This document shows positions 55,817 to 64,000 of a stretch of DNA of 64,000 nucleotides, one piece after another; within the stretch, counting starts at the first letter, position 1; the number at the start of each line of letters is the position of its first letter. The position numbers and the translations under genes were made by a program. This DNA comes from Chrysomallon squamiferum (lineage: Eukaryota > Animalia > Mollusca): positions 4,836,001 through 4,900,000 of the forward strand of contig CM022669.1 of the NCBI GenBank assembly GCA_012295275.1. The letters are read 5' to 3'. Under the pieces are notes generated by a model. It was not told the DNA's origin. It did no database searches and saw nothing but the letters and a program-made list of their open reading frames with translations.

Positions 55817-58159
55817 CGGTTTTTTTTTCTCAATTTTTTGTTCCTGGATAAACAGAAAGACAGACAGACAGCGAGACGACATACATACACCCTGGAAAAC
55901 TTTAATACTTCGACAACCTGTACTATTTCATTCTTTCTTTCTTTCTGTATTTATTTTTGAATTTTATAATAATTTCTACCCCCTCTAAGTGACAGAATCG
56001 CTACCAAAGCAGTAATTCCACATCGCACCACACATGACATTTAGAATTAGATTCGACACGGAAAGAGATCAGCATGATTCGTAATAACCGGAAGCTGTCC
56101 TACATTTTCTCTAATCAAACGAAATCGGCTTATCGGACGTTGGTAATAAACACAGCGAGTCATCTATCAATGCAGCTTGTTCTGTTTTAAACGAAATTTT
56201 TCCATTTCTTGCTAAATCTAACTGTCAGCTTTTATTACTCATCTTCCTGTCGACCGTTTCATTTCTGGGTTACGCAACTGTGATGCGGTCTTCTTATTCT
56301 ACTTCTTATATTTAAAAAAAAAATATTTTCTGTTTGTTTTGTTTTGGTTTTATGCTCCTGTTCTCGGTTATGTAACAAAAACATAATTTGCTGTTGCTGT
56401 TTAAATAACAATCTGACAAATTAATATTTAATTTAACGACACACATGACGTTGTAAAACTACAGCTTTTCTGGGGTTTTGGGGTTGTTGTTTTTTTTGTC
56501 GACGTTTGTTTCTGATCGCGGTGACTTCGTTTCGACAGAATTTGGCTACGTGCGTGCAGGTTTATGAATCTGTTTAATATCTAATAATGATGTTGATGAC
56601 GCTGATGATGACGATGAATGAAGAGTAAGGTTTAATGAAAATAATAATAATAATAGCAAACATTTTGCTAAATATACACTGGGAATTGTTTTTGACTTTA
56701 ACGTCATCCTCAAAATACTAATATGTCTCAATGTTTAACTATACCAGAGTTTACTCCACAAGAATACAATTCTTATATCTTTTTTCTCCCTTTCTTTCAT
56801 TCTTTTCTCTCTCTTTTTTTTTTTTTTCTTTCTTTCTTTTTATTATTTTAAACAGAAGAGTACACCGGATATTGGAACTGAAATTCAGCAGAAAGAAAAG
56901 CAGACGGCTTTGCACCAAGCCGAGTATGAATGATTAAGACAAAAACTGATGTACTTTTATATTACTTCAACTGCGGCGACTACTTTTACAGCTACCACTG
57001 CTGCTAATCCTATTAGCCTACTTTTGCTTCTAATACCACCATTGAAGTTCCTGCTTATACTACTACTACTACAACAACAGCAAAAACACCTACTACTAAC
57101 GTCTAGAACTACCACTACTGCTACTATTACTGTTATTTTTTCTAGGTATAGTTATATTTGATAAGTGTTTCTTATTTGGGGTTTGTTGACAAAAAATGCA
57201 TATATATATATATATATATGTATATAATATACATACACATACAAATATAGATACATATATACACACACGTACATACATATTTTCTATATATATATATATA
57301 CACACGCACGCAGACACAGATATATGCACGAATACACACAGATGTAATTTAAAGTGGCGTTATTGCTTATTAGCGTTTCAAGTGCGTATTTACTTGATTG
57401 TTTATTCAGTTACTCATTATTTTTGTACCGTAAGAAAAAAAAAAAGAAGAAAAAAATACGAAAAAGAAAAGCTGATGAAGAAAAAAAAGTAAGAAATAAG
57501 ACATGAAAAGCGACTCTGAAAGAAGAAAACAGAAGGCTTTTGACGTGCTAGCGAATTCAAAATGGCACTTTCCAGCAGTGACGTCAAACAGGCCTCACGA
57601 TGTTATTATTACTTTTATGGTAAATTAATTTTGTAGAAGTGCGCCAATTACGTGTTCTCCCTGTACAGGGAATAAATGTGTTTTCAACAGACCATAATTC
57701 ATGTTAACAGTCTGCTAAGACGATCTTCACAACACAATTATGTTGGATAAAATAAACAGAGGTCTGTGACCCTTACACACCAGTGATTGCACTTTGTTTA
57801 TTTATTTATTTATTTATTTATTTATTGTAAACGAATTTAATTTCCATCTGCTTTACATACTAGTACCATACAACTAATTACTATGACTACTATTGTTAAT
57901 TTATTTAGTTTTTCCAATTTTTTTTTGAGTTGTTTTCTTTTTTGTTACTACATCAGCTACAGTTACTGCTGCTGCTGCTACTACTACTAGTATTATTATT
58001 TGTCACTATGGAGTTTGTTATTAACATGTTGTGATTTTAGATAATGTTTAAATTGTGACTCACAGGCGTAAAAATATATATATATATATATAACATACGA
58101 GTCAAAAATATTTGAGTAAACAAGGACAACATCATTTAAAAATAATAATAATAAAATGA

Positions 58160-58162
<3 letters not shown>

Positions 58163-58234
<72 letters not shown>
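58163..58234. repeat. (CT)n microsatellite
   Basis: Direct reading. Confidence 0.98.
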
Positions 58235-58238
<4 letters not shown>

Positions 58239-59287
58239 AAAAGGACAAAATAAACTAATTATCTTGAAACATTTGTGAGGTTGTTTTTTTTGTAAATTTT
58301 TTTTTTTGTAAATTTAAAAAAAGAAAAAAAAAAAAGAATCGAAAGGAGAAACGTGATCACGACGAGCTCGTACGGAATTTATCGAGCATCGGAGACTCGT
58401 TCAATCACGGAGCTAAAATAACAGGTTTCTGTATCTCCAGAGACAAGAGATTCGCCGACGAAAAGACACGGAGATAAAATCGATGTTTTTGTTATCGGCA
58501 AATTGAATTAGCAGGAATACGTCGACCCGATGATGTACACCGAAACGAGAAGAAGGACTGTCCAATCTTCGCGACTCAGACCGGTCAAGTCCGCAAAGTC
58601 TTCGGGATCCAGAAGACTTTAATTCTTAACACGTTTAAGCTTGGTGGGATGATTATAACGTGCTTATTTGTGTTTGTTTTAATTTAACTTTTGTAGGTGA
58701 TATATTTCTATTTAGTTTATGTACATATATACATACATACATACATGCATACATTTATATATACACACGTACACACAGACAATTTGGTTTTTATATGTGA
58801 TAGAATTACTTCTGTTTGTTTTATTAAATGTACATATATAAATGTATATATGTATGTATGTATGTTCAGCTATATACATTTTATTTATTTAAAATTATTT
58901 TCTAAAGCACTTGGTGAACCTGATAGTGACATCTGGTTTGTTATCAATCAATTTTTTCATTGGAATTTGAAAAACGAAATATTTCTGATAATGGGCGTTT
59001 TGAAATTTCTTTTATTGCCTCACAGAAAAAATAAAAAAATAAAATAAAATAAAATATGTGTGTGTGTGTGTGTGTGTAAAAGGTTAATTTTTTTTTTTTT
59101 TTTTTTCAGATTGGATCTCAAAATATAATATTTATCTGAATAACGTATCTTTATCTTAACGAATGTTTTTTTTTATTGTTTTTACTTTTTTACTTTTTAC
59201 TTTTTATTATCACACTAATATATACTACTGCTATTCTTGTTGCTGCTGCAGCTACTAGTACTACTACTACAACAACCCAAGAAAATA

Positions 59288-59545
59288 CAAAAATAAACAA
59301 CATTAATGAACAACAACAGTAAACGACACAACCTCGACAATAACAACAACAACAACGACGGCAAGAGATATTACAATCCAAAACGACAAAAATAAACAAC
59401 ATTAATGAACAACAACAGTAAACGACACAACCTCGACAATAACAACAACGACGGCAAGAGATATTACAATCCAAAACGACAAAAATAAACAACAACAGTA
59501 AACAACACAACCTCGACAATAACAACAGTAACGACAACGACGAGC
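59288..59545. repeat. ~95-100-bp tandem repeat (about 2.6 copies)
   Basis: CAAAAATAAACAAC...CAGTAAACGACACAACCTCGACAATAACAAC...GGCAAGAGATATTACAATCCAAAACGA is repeated. Confidence 0.88.
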
Positions 59546-60239
59546 AATATTATAATTAACGAATTCGCTGCTTCTGTTGGCTGCGGCATGTAAAGCACAC
59601 AGCGTGTTAAGGTAATTAAGTTTTCTCTTCTCAGCCATCTTGCACAAAACACTTTTAATTAAACACTCTGACCTAGCAGACTGAGCCAGGTGGTTGGATG
59701 GTGTTAAATTTATTTCGATTTCTTTCTCAGCTTTCATTTTATTGTTAATCTTTCGTTGTCTTTTCGTTGCTTTATATATATATATATATATATATTATTT
59801 ATATATATATATATATTTATATATTTTTTATATTTTATTTATTTATTTTTAATTATTTCTTTTAATTTATTTTCCTTTTGACGTTCTTTATTTCTCAGTT
59901 TTGTCTTTCTCACTTTATTCTCATTATTTTCTTTGTTACACAATTTCTTTCATTTCCTTCTTACGTTTTGTGTTTTTCACCATCCGCTTGATTGGTTAGT
60001 TGTATTTTCTGTCTTGTTGGCTTCCTTCCTTCCGTTATTTTGATGACTTCTTTTCTTGCTTAAGTTATTTCCTTCTTAATATCATCAGTGTTTCTCTTTT
60101 CTTTTCTCACCTTCGTTTTTTTCTTTCGTATTTTTTCTTTCCATCTTTCATTTTTCCTTGTTTTATCTTTTATCCGCTGTTGTCTTTTTATTTTTATTTT
60201 TTTACAAGTTTTCTCTATTGCTATCATTTCAACTACACT

Positions 60240-60758
60240 TCTTATTCTGCTGCTATTGCTGTCACTACCACTACCACAACACCATCGCAGCCACTACTTC
60301 TACTATCCAACTACTGTTGTTGCTGGTACTGCTACTACTGATGTTACCCCTACGTCAACCACTACTGCTACTATCAGTAATACTGCTTGTACTACTACTA
60401 TCCTTCTGCTGCTACTATTTCTACTACCGCTGCTGCTACCACTACAACAACTGCTATTGCTACTGCAGCTGGTACTACTACTACTACTACGACTACTACT
60501 ATTATTATTACAGCAGCTGCCACTGTTATTACAAGTACTATCGTTGTTACAACTGGTGCTATTACTACTACCTCTGCTGCTGCTGATGCTGCTGTCACTA
60601 CCACTAATACTATTAGCAGAATTGTCCTGGTGGTTTAATAACAATAAACGAATAAAAATGATAAATCAATTTTTGGCCACTGATGGACTAATTGCTTTTG
60701 GTGTTGTTGTTGATGATGATTATGATACGTCAGAATAAATATATAAATCAGTGTATAT

Positions 60759-60829
<71 letters not shown>

Positions 60830-60980
60830 ATAATAATAATAACAATAATAATAAGATGAAGAAGAAAAAGAAGAACAACAACAACCACTACAACAGGAAT
60901 AATAACAATAACACTAACAGTAACAACAACAATAATAATAACAATAACAAAACAACACAACACAACAATAATAATAATGA
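60240..60980. repeat. Compound trinucleotide (ACT/GCT/AAT/AAC) low-complexity block
   Basis: Direct reading; it is the source of the many overlapping ORFs at 60000-60993. Confidence 0.9.
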
Positions 60981-62422
60981 AATAGAAAATTAGAAGAAAA
61001 AACTGTATATCAAGCCTCTGCAGATTTGTGCGTTATTGAATGACATAACAAAAGTTGACTGGGAAATAATGACAGCAATTTTCTCTCACAAATGATTATA
61101 GCACTTAAACCAGAGTCGGCTTTTTATTATCAGTTTGAAACAGCATCGATAAACATATATTCCATTAAAAAAAAAATTTTTTTTTATTAGTTATTTTTCA
61201 TTTCATTTCCTTCCATAAACCAACATCTTATGAGAGCTAATTTCATACTGATTCAGTATCACATATCTCGCAAAACAATATGGCGGATTCCTTTCAAACC
61301 TAAAAACGAGAAGTCTGGACGTTTTACAAGAACCTACAATAGATCCATTTGTTAAAAAAAAAAAAAAAAAAATTTAAAAATAAAAAAAAATAAAAATAAT
61401 AAAATGGACGTTTAAAGAGACTGGTTATTAAACTGTTATGCCACGGCCTAATCATGGAAATAAACTCCGCATAAAGGAACAATTACGTCTAACCTTCGTA
61501 AAATAAATGCATTTGTGCCGTTTGTTCAGAGTACTCCAGCATGCGTTCCAGGCTTTCATTGATCTTTTTAAAGCAGTCATACAAATTACGAAATGCGGTA
61601 CAACAGGAAGAGTAAATGGGATTATGTCCCCTGAAAATTTGGTTCGTCTGCACAGCCTTATTATAAGGATCGTATTATTATTATTGCTGCTATTACTAAC
61701 GTTGAATATTTCTGCTGGCGCTGCTAACATTAATGTTAGCCTAGTGCTACTAATATTTTAAGAAAATAAACGGCTATTTTTGCTGTTACTTCTAGTTTAA
61801 CTATTAAGCGTCTGTTTTTTATATCAGTACTATAACCACAATATAATAGCTGAAGATTTAAATTACGTCAACACAGAATGACTGTGTTTTTTTAAGTTAA
61901 AAGTAAAGATATTAAAATTCGGGAAGAAAATAAAAACAAATAACAGTTACAGATTTATGCAAGAAAAATATAACTCATTAATGCAATTTTTGGATCATTT
62001 TGTTGTTTTTCATTTATTTATTTATTTATTTATTCGTGCTGCCAGAATGTGAATAAATTACAGAAATGAAGATAAAAAGTTGTTAAAGTTTACTAAATAA
62101 ATAAATAAATAAAACCAAAATAAACATTACGTCATACTGCTAAGTAAATAAGGCGCCAACAATTGACTGACGTCATAAACAACAAACACGCAGTTGCGGT
62201 TCGCTAGGGCAGACTGCTTTTTCAACAGATTACACTTTGAATAAGAGAACACTGTAAGTTAAAAAATTCATTACATACTAGAAATATAAAATGAAATTCA
62301 CTACGTCTACTACTCTATTTACAGTCTAAAATATCAAAAAAGGTGATAGTATTCTTCGACAATCGTAATTTCACGAAACGATTTTGATATAAAATAACAG
62401 AAAAAGAAGCTGAGTACGTATG

Positions 62423-62463
<41 letters not shown>

Positions 62464-62714
62464 GCTTGTGTGTGTGTGTGTGTGTGTGTGTGTGCCTGTG
62501 AGTGATATAGTAAGATTTCTTTAGAATATTGTTTTTCTCCATAGTTTCGTAAATTTGCTTCCCTTTTTCGTTTCATTCATTCTTTGTTCTGAATCCCTCT
62601 CTTTTTATAGATATATTCTGTATTTAATGCTCTAGTTATTATTACAACTGACGTAGCGATTATTTTTAGACTTAGTTTTAACTGAGTAGCATTGATTTAA
62701 TATTCATAAACTAG

Positions 62715-64000
62715 GTATATATATGTACGTATGAAAGAAAATGGGTACCTAAATATGTTTGTATGAAAGAAAGTGGTATTTATTTATTTATTTTTGTTTT
62801 CTTTCTTTATTTATTTTTCAAATTATATAAATTTATATAGTATTTTCATTATTTTATCTATGTTTAAAGTGCGTATATAGGTATGTATGAAAGAAAGTGG
62901 GTGTATGGGTATGTATAAAATAAACTGGGTATATATATGTGTATAAAATAAGGTGGGTGTATAGATACGTATGAAAGAAAGTGGGTATATAGGTCTTAGT
63001 ATGAAATACAGTCGGTATATAGGTATATGTATGAAATAAAGTGGTATAAAGGTATATGTATAAAATAAAGTGGTTTATAGGTGTAAGTATGAAATAAAGT
63101 GGGTATATAGGTATATATGAAATAAAATGAGTAAATATGTATATATATAATAAAGTGGTTATATAGGTCTTACTATGAAATGAAGTGGGTATATAGGTGT
63201 AAGTATGAAATAATGTGTGTATAAAGTGAGTTTGTATGTATGTGTGTATAAAGTGGGTATATAGATATGTATGAAATAAAGTCGATATATTGCTCTATGT
63301 ATGAAAGATAGTAGGTATATATGTGTGTATAAAATAAAGTGGGTATATATATAGGTATGTATGAAATAAAATGGTATATAGGTGTGTATAAAATAAAGTG
63401 GGTATATATGTGTGTATAAAATAAAGTGGGTATATATAGGTATGTAAGAAATAAAGTGGGTACATAGGTATGTATGAAATAAAGTGGTATATAGGTGTGC
63501 ATAAAATAAAGTGGGTATATATATAGGTATGTATTAAATACAGTGGGTATATAGGTATGTATAAAATGAAGTGGGTATATATATGTGTGTATGACATAGA
63601 GTGGGTACATATGTATGTATGAAATTAAGTGGGTATATATATATATATCTGTATGACATAAAGTGGGTTTATAGGTGTAAGTATGAAATAAATTTGGTAC
63701 ATATGTATGTATGAAATAAATTTGGTATATAGGTATGTATGAAATAAAGTAGGAACTTAGTCTATATATAAAATAAAGTGGGTATATATGTTTATGAAAT
63801 AAAGTGGGCATATAGATATGTATTAAATAAAGTGGGTATGTATGTATGTGTGTATGAAGCGGGTTTATAGGTGTACGAAAGAAAGTAGGTTCATAGATAT
63901 GTATGAAATACAGTGGACATATAGGTACATATATAAAGTAAAGTGGTATATAGGAAAGTATGAAATTAAGTCGCTATATAGCTGTATGTAACAAAGAAAG
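62715..64000. repeat. Degenerate ~28-32-bp satellite running off the window end
   Basis: Recurrent GTATGAAATAAAGTGGGTATATAGGTAT variants; explains ORFs 63173 and 63295. Confidence 0.9.

Noticed and set aside
58595-58640. Helitron 3' end at the 26-bp palindrome
   Set aside because: No CTRR terminus at the expected distance and no identifiable 5' TC end.
60000-60993. Mucin-like or Ser/Thr/Leu-rich ORFs on both strands
   Set aside because: Compound trinucleotide repeats open in many frames; no splice or domain evidence.
63173-63811. 212-aa Tyr/Ile/His/Pro ORF
   Set aside because: Translation of the degenerate ~30-bp satellite.

Overview
AT-rich, microsatellite-dense eukaryotic (animal) DNA. 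SINE relics resemble, from memory, gastropod MetaSINE-type elements, so a mollusc or other lophotrochozoan is plausible but unverified. The window holds the 5' part of an unc-13/Munc13 gene on the minus strand. Five coding exons (50041-50020, 49727-49698, 28833-28734, 2306-2189, 996-873; 22+30+100+118+124 nt, all GT-AG) join into an uninterrupted 131-codon C2A domain: [131 protein letters not shown]. The gene continues off the left edge. Introns 2 and 3 are about 21 and 26 kb, and the CpG-rich promoter lies near 49.5-50.7 kb. Almost all ORFs in the supplied track are microsatellite artefacts. The most striking unexplained structure is a near-perfect 161-bp inverted repeat (24016-24176 / 29430-29590, 158/161 identical) whose arms lie in the two introns on either side of exon 3. 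It is a candidate long-range RNA duplex for exon skipping, circRNA formation or A-to-I editing. Other candidates are decoy copies of the exon 5 splice acceptor, two overlapping uORFs, a UG-flanked candidate poison exon, an intronic CCAAT-box array and a sharp CpG boundary at the 5' end of the gene.
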